A stretch of 64,000 nt of DNA. It comes from Candidatus Tayloriibacteriota bacterium (GTDB taxonomy: Bacteria > Patescibacteriota > Minisyncoccia > Phycocordibacterales > PALSA-1337). Positions 1-9,117 of the stretch are shown in pieces. The DNA lies in the NCBI GenBank assembly GCA_943350765.1, contig CALRAJ010000004.1, positions 19,309-83,308 on the forward strand, in the 5' to 3' direction. Both the position numbers and the translations under genes were made by a program. The notes under the pieces were generated by a model. It had not been told where the DNA came from. It worked only from the letters and a program-made list of their open reading frames with translations, and ran no database searches. Within the stretch, counting starts at the first letter, position 1, and the number at the start of each line of letters is the position of its first letter.

Positions 1-163
1 AGCCAATAGGGTCAAGGTGTTTTATGGGGTTTAATGTCAGCCGTCCATCCAGCTTTGCGGTCGGGTCTCCAAGTAGCAATGCCGTATACCCATGTGATAC
101 CTCGTGGATAATCACTGACATCAAAAGCACTATTATCGAAAATATAGCGTCTATCTCTTGCAT
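1..163 (-). CDS. Site-2 protease (peptidase M50) family, N-terminal part, truncated by window edge
   Basis: Manual translation from ATG at 163: MQEIDAIFSIIVLLMSVIIHEVSHGYTALLLGDPTAKLDGRLTLNPIKHLDPIG, with HExxH and the GDPTA..GRLTLNP..H.D motif. Not in the ORF track. Confidence 0.9.
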   Translation of the reverse strand, partial: MQEIDAIFSIIVLLMSVIIHEVSHGYTALLLGDPTAKLDGRLTLNPIKHLDPIG

Positions 164-206
164 AATTTTGATTATATGATACCATATCATTCACTAAGTA
201 AAAACC

Positions 207-449
207 ATGTCAAAAGTCTGTGCAATCACAAAAAGGCATTCAATAATGGGCGGTGGCTATAGCAACGCCACTCGTGCTACTCAGTACAACCCTACTGGCA
301 AAGTCCGCAAATACGCCAATCTCCAAAAGAAGCGTGTTTATATTCCCGAACTCAAAAAGACCATGGTTCTCACTCTTTCTACTCGAGCTATCAAAACCAT
401 CAACAAAAACGGAGCTTATTCTGCACTCAAAAAAGCAGGGGTGATTTAA
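207..449 (+). CDS. rpmB: 50S ribosomal protein L28
   Basis: MSKVCAIT...RKYANLQKKR...LSTRAIKTI L28 pattern. Confidence 0.92.
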   Translation: MSKVCAITKRHSIMGGGYSNATRATQYNPTGKVRKYANLQKKRVYIPELKKTMVLTLSTRAIKTINKNGAYSALKKAGVI

Positions 450-466
450 AAAATAGCATATTTAGT

Positions 467-508
467 TCACCACCAAAAACCGCCCCAAAAGGCGGTTTTT
501 GGTGGTGA
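467..508. terminator. Bidirectional intrinsic terminator hairpin after rpmB
   Basis: caccaccaaaaaccgcc-ccaaaa-ggcggtttttggtggtg inverted repeat between convergent genes. Confidence 0.75.
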
Positions 509-510
509 TA

Positions 511-574
511 TTTAAACGGCTAAACACGAGTGTTTAGCCGTTTAGCAAGCCTCTACAGAGCCATTTATGCTTTT
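511..574. repeat. REP-like palindrome family A, copy 1
   Basis: TAAACGGCTAAACA-cgag-TGTTTAGCCGTTTA plus ctctacagagccat; related copies at 11126 and 46334. Confidence 0.8.
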
Positions 575-614
575 TTCGATTTTGGGGTGTTTTTGTAGTT
601 CTAACACCTCTAAA

Positions 615-1472
615 TTACTCGATTTCTATACCCCTACCATCTGTCTTTGTGACTATTGTCCCACTAGTATAAGTACCTAGTATTGGTATTTTTAATTTAG
701 AAAAAGTATCCACCGTCTCCTTATGTGGGTGGCCGTATTTATTGTTTTTCCCTGCCGAAATCACCACAAAATCTGGTGAAACTGCCCTTACAAATTCCTC
801 CCCACTCGAGGTTCGTGAGCCATGGTGAGCTACCTTGAGTACTGTACTATCGAGCGACTTTTTATCTGTCAAAACCAGATGTCGCTCGGTCTTTTGGGTA
901 GTATCCCCTGTCAGCATATATGAAACATTCCCACAAACAAGTCTGGCAATAATCGACCCGTCATTGGTCGTAAAATCTGAAACATCTTGATCAGGAAAAA
1001 TGATTTCGATATACACCCCCTCATCCAAAACAATCTTCATACCTTTGCGCACCAAAGTTTTGGTCGCTCGCTCAAGTATCACATCATTTTCAAATTGTTT
1101 ATATGTTGCAGATGGCGAATATGTCCCAGGCTCCACCACCTGCCGTACTTCATAGTTTTTTAACACATCAATAAATCCAGCGTAATGATCTGTGTCGGGA
1201 TTGGTTACTACTAGCATGTCTATAGAGCGGTCGTAAAAAGGCATCACTTTTGAAAGTTCCCGTAAAACGGCTCGATCTGGACCACCGTCTACTATCACCT
1301 GATTACCGTTTGGCGCTTCTATATATATTGCATCACCCTGCCCTACATCCAGAAAATCGACCTTCAGTACTCCACTGCGATCTTCGTGAATGACAGCATA
1401 CCAAATAAAAATGTTACCTACACACAACAGGATGGCGATCAATACCAGTGGTTTTTTCAAAAATAAATGCAT
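615..1472 (-). CDS. ComEC/Rec2-type metallo-beta-lactamase domain protein (free-standing C-terminal half of ComEC)
   Basis: FLDVGQGDA, TNPDTDHYAG, MLTGD, LKVAHHGS and YGHPH motifs; N-terminal TM. Confidence 0.9.
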   Translation of the reverse strand: MHLFLKKPLVLIAILLCVGNIFIWYAVIHEDRSGVLKVDFLDVGQGDAIYIEAPNGNQVIVDGGPDRAVLRELSKVMPFYDRSIDMLVVTNPDTDHYAGFIDVLKNYEVRQVVEPGTYSPSATYKQFENDVILERATKTLVRKGMKIVLDEGVYIEIIFPDQDVSDFTTNDGSIIARLVCGNVSYMLTGDTTQKTERHLVLTDKKSLDSTVLKVAHHGSRTSSGEEFVRAVSPDFVVISAGKNNKYGHPHKETVDTFSKLKIPILGTYTSGTIVTKTDGRGIEIE

Positions 1473-1550
1473 CTATTTTAGTCTAACATACATAGTTTTA
1501 AATCCTATGCTATAATTTATTATATTAGTAATATCCAAACTCAACCCACC

Positions 1551-2147
1551 ATGAACCAATTTATCGAAACAAAATTTGATATTCCAACACTCAAGGGTAT
1601 TTCTGCAAAAACCGTGGTGGAGCATCTAAAGCTCTACTCTGGTTATGTAAAAAATAGTAATTTAATCTTAGAAAAAATCGACGAGCTAGCAAAGGAAGCC
1701 GACAAAAATGCTTACCTACTCGGAGAGCTTCAGCGTCGTTTTGGATTTGAGTTTGATGGTATGCGAAATCACGAATATTATTTCAAAAGTTTTGAAGGTG
1801 GGTCAAAAAGTTTACCCGAGAACAGTCTGCTGAAAAAAGCTGTCGAAAGTGAGTTTGGCTCATGGGATCTCTGGCTCGCCCGTTTCAAATCAATCACCCT
1901 CACTCGTGGTGTCGGCTGGGCAATACTTTACTACGACAAACAGACCAACCGCCTCCTAAACGCATGGGTTGATGAACAACACCTAGGACACCTTACCGGA
2001 CTACCACCCATACTTACACTCGATATGTGGGAACACTCTTTTGTTGCCGACTATCAGCCTTCAGGGAAAAAGCAATATGTTGAGGATTTTTTTGCAAATA
2101 TAAATTGGGAAGTGATTGAAAAGAATTTTGTAGAAGCAAAAAAATAA
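1551..2147 (+). CDS. Fe/Mn superoxide dismutase family protein
   Basis: EHLKLYSGYV, NHEYYF and DMWEHSF metal-ligand motifs. Confidence 0.9.
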   Translation: MNQFIETKFDIPTLKGISAKTVVEHLKLYSGYVKNSNLILEKIDELAKEADKNAYLLGELQRRFGFEFDGMRNHEYYFKSFEGGSKSLPENSLLKKAVESEFGSWDLWLARFKSITLTRGVGWAILYYDKQTNRLLNAWVDEQHLGHLTGLPPILTLDMWEHSFVADYQPSGKKQYVEDFFANINWEVIEKNFVEAKK

Positions 2148-2158
2148 ATTATGGTAGA

Positions 2159-3709
2159 TCACTTTTTAGAAAAATGGTGGTCAAACTTTGTTGTAGTCAT
2201 ACGACTACTGCTCGCCAATTGGGATTGGCGGATGTAAACGACGACAAAAAATAATGCGTAAATGCAAACCAGTCCAAAAAATGAAATGCTCGGCATAGAC
2301 ACCGAAGCAAAAGGAAATGATGCCACTAGAGTGACTAGCGACACCTGATACCAAAGTAGTGAGTACGCAATACCTGCAAAAGGTAAAGCGAGATATGTAC
2401 CGATAAAAGCCATTAACCCTGCAATAAAGCCAAAAAGCATGGTTGCGGGAATGGTTGGTAAAATAAGTAGGTTTATGGGCAGTGCCACGAGAGAAAGTTG
2501 TCCTGTATTATATAGTAAAAGTGGAAGCACAAAAATCTGTGTCGCGAGCGTAGCTGAAACAATATCCCTTAGACCAAATCTTTCGGTAACCCAGGCTAGT
2601 CTATTTTTGATAATTGGTGACAGAGTAACAAGCCCTAGCGTTGCCATAAACGAAAGCTGAAATGACGGGTCAAAAACCAGAATAGCTGGGTTATGGAGCA
2701 CCATCAAAAATCCTGCTACAAAAAGCGCTCTGGTGATGTCGTATGTCCGTCCTGTTGCCGAAGCGACTATTACGAGAAGTGCCATGATACTTGCCCTCAC
2801 CACCGTGGCGCTTCCACCAGTCATGAGCGCAAAAAGAATAATACTTACAACACCCAAGGACATTCCAAAAAACTTCGGTAAAAAAGAAAATGCTTTCATG
2901 ATAGCGTCGCCGACCACTGTGATGTTGTAGCCCGAAAGTACGACAATGTGAATAATTCCCACCCGACGAAAATCGTCGAGCAGTTCTTTGCCCAAGGACT
3001 GTTTACCTCCCAACAAGAGTCCGCTCAAAAACGACCCATACGGCTCGGGAATAATTTTTGTAATTTTACCTATAAAACTATTTTTAAATGCAAAAAGCTT
3101 TGTTTGAATAAAACTACCATTGTTTGCCGAGATAAATCCTGTTTTTGGTCGCTCTATTAAATAATAAATACCGTCCTTTGCCAGATAGGCTGGGTAGTCA
3201 AACTGCCGACCATTATCGGTATCGAATTTTTTAGGTTTTTGTAGCTTCCCCACAATAATCATCTTGTCCCCATAAGCAAATCGAGGATAAAGTGCTGTTG
3301 TGATAAGTAACCTAGTGCCTTGAGATACTACCGTCAGCCGTGCCTCCTTCTCTCGAATATCTGGCTCAGCATCAATAATACCTGTTATAGAAATAATATT
3401 ATCCAGATGTCTATCGAGGTTCGATGACGCAGAAATCTGATTATTCATCGTCATACGAAAAATACCTGCACCAAAAGAACCCAGTAGAAGCGCTGCAAAA
3501 AGAATACTTGTCAGAGTTTTTGGCAAAGTATCTTTACCAAAACCAAGGGTGAAAGCATTTTTTTGTAATACTAGATAATAAGCAAAAAGTGCACCGGCGA
3601 TCACTATACAAAGTAGTGCGATATGGACACCAAGAGTCGTGACAGACCCTAGACCTACTCCAGAGAAAAATCCAGCAAGTACGATGTATATAAAAATAGA
3701 TTGAGTCAT
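2159..3709 (-). CDS. comEC: ComEC/Rec2 competence channel (OB fold plus Competence domain)
   Basis: GIIHIVVLSGYN, ATVVRASIM and SFQLSFMAT motifs; many TM segments. Confidence 0.92.
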   Translation of the reverse strand: MTQSIFIYIVLAGFFSGVGLGSVTTLGVHIALLCIVIAGALFAYYLVLQKNAFTLGFGKDTLPKTLTSILFAALLLGSFGAGIFRMTMNNQISASSNLDRHLDNIISITGIIDAEPDIREKEARLTVVSQGTRLLITTALYPRFAYGDKMIIVGKLQKPKKFDTDNGRQFDYPAYLAKDGIYYLIERPKTGFISANNGSFIQTKLFAFKNSFIGKITKIIPEPYGSFLSGLLLGGKQSLGKELLDDFRRVGIIHIVVLSGYNITVVGDAIMKAFSFLPKFFGMSLGVVSIILFALMTGGSATVVRASIMALLVIVASATGRTYDITRALFVAGFLMVLHNPAILVFDPSFQLSFMATLGLVTLSPIIKNRLAWVTERFGLRDIVSATLATQIFVLPLLLYNTGQLSLVALPINLLILPTIPATMLFGFIAGLMAFIGTYLALPFAGIAYSLLWYQVSLVTLVASFPFASVSMPSISFFGLVCIYALFFVVVYIRQSQLASSSRMTTTKFDHHFSKK

Positions 3710-3760
3710 CGTGTTTTCGAATTATAAAACTTTAAAAAAAGTTTTATAATTTGAAGGTTT

Positions 3761-4516
3761 TTAAAGTGCTACACCCCAATCTTTCAAAATAGCTGACTCG
3801 TCCTCTACCGAAAACGACTTTTTGTACCTTGCATCACTCACACCCTTTACTCTTTTTTCACAATCAGGCCAGCTCGCATGCCTAATCGCAATACCGCCTA
3901 CCACAGACAAGTACGAGTAGGCTTTTTTACCTTTTTGAGTTTTTATACCTATCTTGGGCCTATCCCCTTCTGTACGCACTGCGTGAGTATATTTTAAGAT
4001 ATCTTTTACAAGTGGATATTTTTCTAAAGTCCCATTATAAAGAGTTGGCGGTATGTTGTCTGCAAAGCTTGTTGCAATCTCATCGCATCTTTCATTACCT
4101 ACCACACCTTGATGACCATCCACTCGGTGCCAAGATATTTTTTTACCATCTGATGCTACGAGTAATGCTTTCCACAAATCTTGGTTTGCTACAGGTTTTT
4201 TATCTGATGTTATCCATTTTTTCTTTTGCCATGCAAATACCCAGCTTGTCATACCGTCCAAAACATATTTTGAGTCAGTAACGATCGTACACTCTGTACC
4301 TGCCGATATAGATTTTAAAGCTTCAAGTACCGCCATCAACTCCATTCTATTGTTTGTAGTCTGTATTTCTCGACTACCCAATTCTCTAACCATAAATTTA
4401 GAACTTTTATTTTCACTAGTTTGATCAGGTAAAATAATTATAGTACCCCAGCCCCCTCTACCAGGATTACCTCTGGATGAACCGTCAGTAAAAATTAAAA
4501 TATCTTTTTGTTGCAT
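3761..4516 (-). CDS. rnhA: Ribonuclease HI with C-terminal hybrid-binding (Cauli_VI-like) domain
   Basis: FTDGSSRGNPG, TTNNRMEL, TDSKY, NQDLW, VDGHQG..GNERCD; tail SWPDCEKRVKGVSDARYKK. Confidence 0.9.
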   Translation of the reverse strand: MQQKDILIFTDGSSRGNPGRGGWGTIIILPDQTSENKSSKFMVRELGSREIQTTNNRMELMAVLEALKSISAGTECTIVTDSKYVLDGMTSWVFAWQKKKWITSDKKPVANQDLWKALLVASDGKKISWHRVDGHQGVVGNERCDEIATSFADNIPPTLYNGTLEKYPLVKDILKYTHAVRTEGDRPKIGIKTQKGKKAYSYLSVVGGIAIRHASWPDCEKRVKGVSDARYKKSFSVEDESAILKDWGVAL

Positions 4517-4712
4517 ATTATAATAATAGCACGGCGAATGATTAAAATGTACAAAAATAGTATTCTGTAACCAAAATTACAAAAATCCCCCGAAGCCTAC
4601 AAGCTAGGTCGGGGGGAATGTTATGTCAGACAGGTTGTCTCTTGTCCTACAAAAAGTATGTAGACCTAGAGGTTGCGTTTATTCTTGACGGAACAAAAAC
4701 AAATCTCATATC

Positions 4713-4904
4713 TCAAAAAACAACAAGGTAAAGTCGGCATTCAAACTTTACAATGGCCATACAATCCCGAGATTGGCGCATACTAACTCGATCGGAAAGG
4801 TCTTGCTCGCGGTGGGTGAGAAGTACTGTTAACCCGTCAACCTGCCAAGAATACAGGCAGACAACCGCATGAAGATGTGAAAAATAATTGTCAGTATAAA
4901 TCAT
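4713..4904 (-). CDS. Possible small hypothetical protein (63 aa) or sRNA in a stand-alone transcription unit
   Basis: ATG at 4904 just downstream of TTGACA-17-TATAGT (4927-4955); hairpin terminator at 4581-4619. Confidence 0.35.
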   Translation of the reverse strand: MIYTDNYFSHLHAVVCLYSWQVDGLTVLLTHREQDLSDRVSMRQSRDCMAIVKFECRLYLVVF

Positions 4905-5008
4905 TATTTCTGACTTACCCAAAGCTACTATAGTAAATATAGTACATTTTGTCAAGCATATAAAATAATGACTGTAATACTAAAGTTAATAATGACTAGG
5001 GTGCTGAA

Positions 5009-6763
5009 TTATTTATTCCTCAATACATCGACCACCCTAAGACGAAGCTCTGGAAAGTTTCTAAAATGAGACTTTTCAAAAGTGGCGACTAGATCAATAA
5101 ACTCTCCAGAAACAAGTTCCTTCCCCCAAGTATCCGCTGTCATAAAAAACCCGATCGCCTTTACCGATTTTCCTGTACTATTTTCAAAACCTATTTCTAG
5201 ATGATTTTTTTGTTTACCGAATACTTTAATATTCTTAATCAAAACATTTTTAAATATAAAAAGCGGTTTTGGATTACCTGTACCAAAAGGTGCGAGCTTT
5301 TCTACTTCTCGATAAGTGGTCCACGAGACATGGTCGATTTCTAGCTCTGCATCTACAGCGATTATTTCTGACTTATCACTCTGCTTTATCTGAGAAAGTC
5401 CAGCCAGAAGTGACTCCTCGAGTAGATGAACTTTCTCTTGTGCAAATGAAAAACCCGCCGCAAATGCATGGCCCCCAAATTGTAAAAATGTCCCCACTGG
5501 AGTTGCGTGCATCAGATCGAGCATGTGCATCGAACCATACGAGCGACATGAACCCTTGAGTATCCCCTCAGCCTCGGCTTCACGACCCCAAAGAAAAACT
5601 GGACAGGAAAATGCTTCGACGATATTTGAAGCGATAAGTCCGAGTAATGCGGGTCTCCAATCTGGGTTACCCATCACAATGAGTTTTGGGGACACCTCGT
5701 CTCCATACCGCTGTGAAACATGTTTTTTAATATCCTTGACCATGCCCGCCACCACACCTTTACGCTCAGTATTTTTAGCATCGAGATGTGTCGCAAGTGC
5801 ACCAGCTTCTGTGAGATCGGTAGTCGCAAAAAGCTTAAAGGCATCATACGGTATACCCATGCGTGACGCCGCATTGATGCGTGGAGCAATCATAAAACCA
5901 ATATCATCTTCACTCACATATCGCTGATCTATTTTTGTTACATTCAAAAGAGCTTGCAGTCCTACGCGTGGAGATTTTCTTAACACGGCCAGTCCGTAAT
6001 ACGCTAAAGCACGATTTTCTCCGACTAGCGGAACCATGTCAGAAAGAGTCGCGATGCCCGCCATATCAAGCAACCATTTTTCCCACCCCATAGGAATTGG
6101 AGAAATTGTTGTGTGTCGAAAGTCAAAAGTCGAAAGGCTCAACGCTAGCGCCTGCACAACTTTAAAAATCACCCCTGATCCGCACAACATCTTTTCTGGA
6201 TACTGACAATCAGTCTGTTTTGGATTGATTATTACAAGTGCAGATGGTGCGGGTGTCGGCACGAGATGATGGTCGGTAATAATTACATTGATACCGAGAT
6301 CTTCCGCGCAGGCTGTCGCCACCACATCAGCGATGCCACAGTCGATCGTGATCACGAGCTTCACCCCATTTTTTGCAAACTCCTTTACCGCTTCTTTATG
6401 AAAACCAAATCCCTCCTCGTGACGATGTGGAATATAATTTTCAAAGTTTTGATAGCCAATCTTTTTAAAAAAGTCATGGAGTATCACTGCACCAGGGACA
6501 CCATCATGATCGTAATCACTATATATAATTATCTTTTCTTTTTCGTCAATCGCTTTTAAGATTCTCTCCACCGCTTTTTTCATATCCTTGAGTAGAAAAG
6601 GATCGTGCATATCTCGAATATAGTCAGGCTTTAAAAATATATCTGCTTGCTCGCGTGTTGTAACACCTCTAGCAAGCAAAAGGTCGATGAGAAGCGGGTG
6701 AAACTCTGCCAAAGGTTTCTTGGCTTTTTCGGTATATTTTTCTCGTACAGAGTAATGTTTCAT
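5009..6763 (-). CDS. recJ: Single-stranded DNA exonuclease RecJ
   Basis: SDYDHDG, ITIDCG, TDHH, APRINAASR, GSCRS, GGHAFAAG and PFGTGNP motifs; likely start MKHYS at 6763. Confidence 0.95.
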   Translation of the reverse strand: MKHYSVREKYTEKAKKPLAEFHPLLIDLLLARGVTTREQADIFLKPDYIRDMHDPFLLKDMKKAVERILKAIDEKEKIIIYSDYDHDGVPGAVILHDFFKKIGYQNFENYIPHRHEEGFGFHKEAVKEFAKNGVKLVITIDCGIADVVATACAEDLGINVIITDHHLVPTPAPSALVIINPKQTDCQYPEKMLCGSGVIFKVVQALALSLSTFDFRHTTISPIPMGWEKWLLDMAGIATLSDMVPLVGENRALAYYGLAVLRKSPRVGLQALLNVTKIDQRYVSEDDIGFMIAPRINAASRMGIPYDAFKLFATTDLTEAGALATHLDAKNTERKGVVAGMVKDIKKHVSQRYGDEVSPKLIVMGNPDWRPALLGLIASNIVEAFSCPVFLWGREAEAEGILKGSCRSYGSMHMLDLMHATPVGTFLQFGGHAFAAGFSFAQEKVHLLEESLLAGLSQIKQSDKSEIIAVDAELEIDHVSWTTYREVEKLAPFGTGNPKPLFIFKNVLIKNIKVFGKQKNHLEIGFENSTGKSVKAIGFFMTADTWGKELVSGEFIDLVATFEKSHFRNFPELRLRVVDVLRNK

Positions 6764-6775
6764 GAGATTAGTGTA

Positions 6776-6883
6776 GCACATTCGCCTTGCTAGGCTCAGT
6801 ACTCCCAACACCTTCGTGTTTCCTGCACATTCGCCTTGCTAGGCTCAGTATGTCCGCCACCGGCATGGCTCCTACACATTCGC
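6776..6883. repeat. Tandem 49-bp REP-like units (family D)
   Basis: GCACATTCGCCTTGCTAGGCTCAGTA at 6776 and 6825, partial at 6874; variants near 24998 and 25126. Confidence 0.8.
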
Positions 6884-6931
6884 TTTTTACATATAATTGA
6901 GAAACATTTAAAACCAAGTTATACTACGGCT

Positions 6932-7336
6932 ATGGAAAGTTGTATTTTCTGCAAAATTATTGCGAGACAAATCCCAGCCGAGATCATCTACGAAGATGAA
7001 ACTGTTCTCGCGTTTCTTGATATCCACCCGACTAAACCCGGGCATACATTGATCATTCCAAAAGCACATCATAAAATGATGATCGATACTCCAGAAAATA
7101 TTGTTGCTGATGTGTTTGTAAAAGCCAAGAGACTGATGACCCCACTCAAACAATCTCTCAGTGCAGACTATGTCGCACTTTCAGTCGTCGGTGTCGATGT
7201 CCCACATTTTCATGTCCACCTCATCCCTCGAGGCACCTTAGACGGCCTCGCAGACTTCTGGCTAAGAAAAAAATACCCCGAAGGTGAAATGCAAAAAGTG
7301 GGAAAAAAGATTCGAGAAAAGATTGGTAAAAAATAA
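6932..7336 (+). CDS. HIT family hydrolase
   Basis: CIFCKII, GHTLIIPK, HFHVHLIPR. Confidence 0.93.
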   Translation: MESCIFCKIIARQIPAEIIYEDETVLAFLDIHPTKPGHTLIIPKAHHKMMIDTPENIVADVFVKAKRLMTPLKQSLSADYVALSVVGVDVPHFHVHLIPRGTLDGLADFWLRKKYPEGEMQKVGKKIREKIGKK

Positions 7337-7370
7337 AAACCGCTTGAAAAACCAAGCGGGTAAAGTACTA

Positions 7371-7853
7371 CTACTTCTTGTAATAAGTGATCTTGCCTTT
7401 TACAGCAGGGTCAAACACGATCAAATGATCACCCAGACAAAAGTCTCCCTTTTTTGTGAGAAGTTTACCCAATTCGGGGGTAAACCTGATATGAAGATTT
7501 ATACCGTCATAACCACCGATAGTAACAACCTTGCCCTTGAATGGTGACACCTTGTGGAAATGAGGAAATGCTTGGTGACCAAAAAGTGAGGCCAGAAACT
7601 TTGCCCATGTTGTCTTTTTAGAATCCCGCAATTCCATCAGCCATTTTCGTGCCATGGTTCCAGTCATCTCTGTAGCCAGTTGAGCCACGGCAACAACTCT
7701 TTTTTCCTTACTTGGGTGACAGAGATACTCAAGTATGGATGTGAGCCGAACATTACGAGCTTTCGCTCTTTCCAGATCCTCCGCCCTCCTTCTTTTGAAT
7801 TCTGCTTGTTCCTGACGATCCTCCCTCAAACTATCTGACGCTGCATCGCTCAT
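7371..7853 (-). CDS. Hypothetical protein
   Basis: 160-aa ORF with its own promoter-like TTGATT-16-TATAGT and a downstream hairpin. Confidence 0.6.
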   Translation of the reverse strand: MSDAASDSLREDRQEQAEFKRRRAEDLERAKARNVRLTSILEYLCHPSKEKRVVAVAQLATEMTGTMARKWLMELRDSKKTTWAKFLASLFGHQAFPHFHKVSPFKGKVVTIGGYDGINLHIRFTPELGKLLTKKGDFCLGDHLIVFDPAVKGKITYYKK

Positions 7854-8184
7854 AGATAACCTTTTTGTTAAGTTGCACTAAACTATTCTGACTATACTCT
7901 TTTAAATTTAAAAATCAAGCATTCTAAAAACATGTGTTTATAGACTTTTCAGTAAAATAAATAATTCTATCAAGAAAAACCTTAGTTAAAAAAGCTTTAA
8001 TACTTTCAAATTTAATCGGCCAACTAGAATTATATTGTTCTACTGTATATTTCATTTTTATTTACCCGACCCAAAGAGTATGGATTTGAAGTTTCTAACA
8101 GTATATCAAAAATACAAAAAAGAAAACCCCGAGCGAACTCGGAGTTTGTGTGAAAGACAAAAGTCGAAGGGTCTGGGGTCAGTG

Positions 8185-8829
8185 TTAAGTGACCGGAACC
8201 GAGGACTTGCGAAAGAGGAACCAGTCGTTGCCGCTGACGAAACATTTCAACCTGTCCATACTGGCTTCACGAACCCTGCCGTACCAACACACAGAGCAGG
8301 CCTGCTGCTGACGCTCGAAGGTACACTCGTCAGTAGCAACCAAATACATCTGGTCTTGACCGACGATCTGGTAAAGGTTTGAATGCTTTTTTGCAACCGC
8401 AAAAACCTCGCGTGGGGCAGTGTTCTCAAGCCTTTGGCTCTTTGCCCAATCCAGTGCCAATTGCCATGAACCATCAGCGTCTGGAAAGTTGAGAGCGATG
8501 TAATGGCCCATCATTTCACCTTTCCCTGTCGGCGGGTAGAGGTAACTGACTTTGTGGACATCGAAGTTGGCAGGAGTATTGGGGCCAGCAGATTCCACTG
8601 CATTGCCCCAAGGTTCGTCGAGGATGACCTCGGTGTTGGGGAGGATATGGAAACGGGCACCCGGGGGTGGCAGGATCATGTCAAACCTTAGGGTATCGAG
8701 TAGATAAGCTGCACCTCGAGGCCCCTTTGTATCAAGCCACCTCTGAAACTGACCTACAGTGACACCTTTTGCTCTGGCCATGTCACGAACTGAATCTGTT
8801 TGACCATCGGTAACAAGCTTTTCACTCAT
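8185..8829 (-). CDS. Hypothetical protein with C-terminus resembling C-type-lectin-fold DGR target proteins
   Basis: Likely start MSEKLV (AAGGA upstream); C-terminus ACSVCWYGRVREASMDRLKCFVSGNDWFLFRK. Confidence 0.65.
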   Translation of the reverse strand: MSEKLVTDGQTDSVRDMARAKGVTVGQFQRWLDTKGPRGAAYLLDTLRFDMILPPPGARFHILPNTEVILDEPWGNAVESAGPNTPANFDVHKVSYLYPPTGKGEMMGHYIALNFPDADGSWQLALDWAKSQRLENTAPREVFAVAKKHSNLYQIVGQDQMYLVATDECTFERQQQACSVCWYGRVREASMDRLKCFVSGNDWFLFRKSSVPVT

Positions 8830-9028
8830 AACGATTTTCCTTAGTGTTGTAGCCCACCTAAAGCGACGAATATCTCGCCACCAAAAGCAGACGGTTTTAC
8901 TTGCTGTCAATTTGACCCATTGGTTTCATCACAGCAGAAAATAGACTAGTGTATAAGCTACTTTCTGCTGTGATGAGGTTTATAATTCCAATGTAGATTT
9001 ACCTTTGAATCCGAACACCCTACCCCCT

Positions 9029-9057
9029 ATTATACACCCATATAAATCACTTGTCAA
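9029..9057 (-). promoter_or_regulatory. Consensus sigma70 promoter
   Basis: TTGACA-17 nt-TATAAT on the minus strand, ~190 nt upstream of the 8829 start. Confidence 0.75.
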
Positions 9058-9117
9058 GTGCCGGAGTAGAGGGGACATTGTTTAGATTGGTAATACGTAC
9101 CAGATTACCCCAATACA

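Noticed and set aside
12-194. 60-aa minus-strand ORF from the track
   Set aside because: Wrong frame; the overlapping frame from 163 encodes a clear M50 protease.
6776-6850. Hammerhead ribozyme on minus strand (CUGA..stem..GAA)
   Set aside because: Lacks the full CUGANGA and GAAA core.
6776-6883. Mini-CRISPR array (26-bp repeats, 23-bp spacers)
   Set aside because: Only about 2.4 repeats; the spacers share structure and a TCCT end; single units occur elsewhere; no cas genes in the window.
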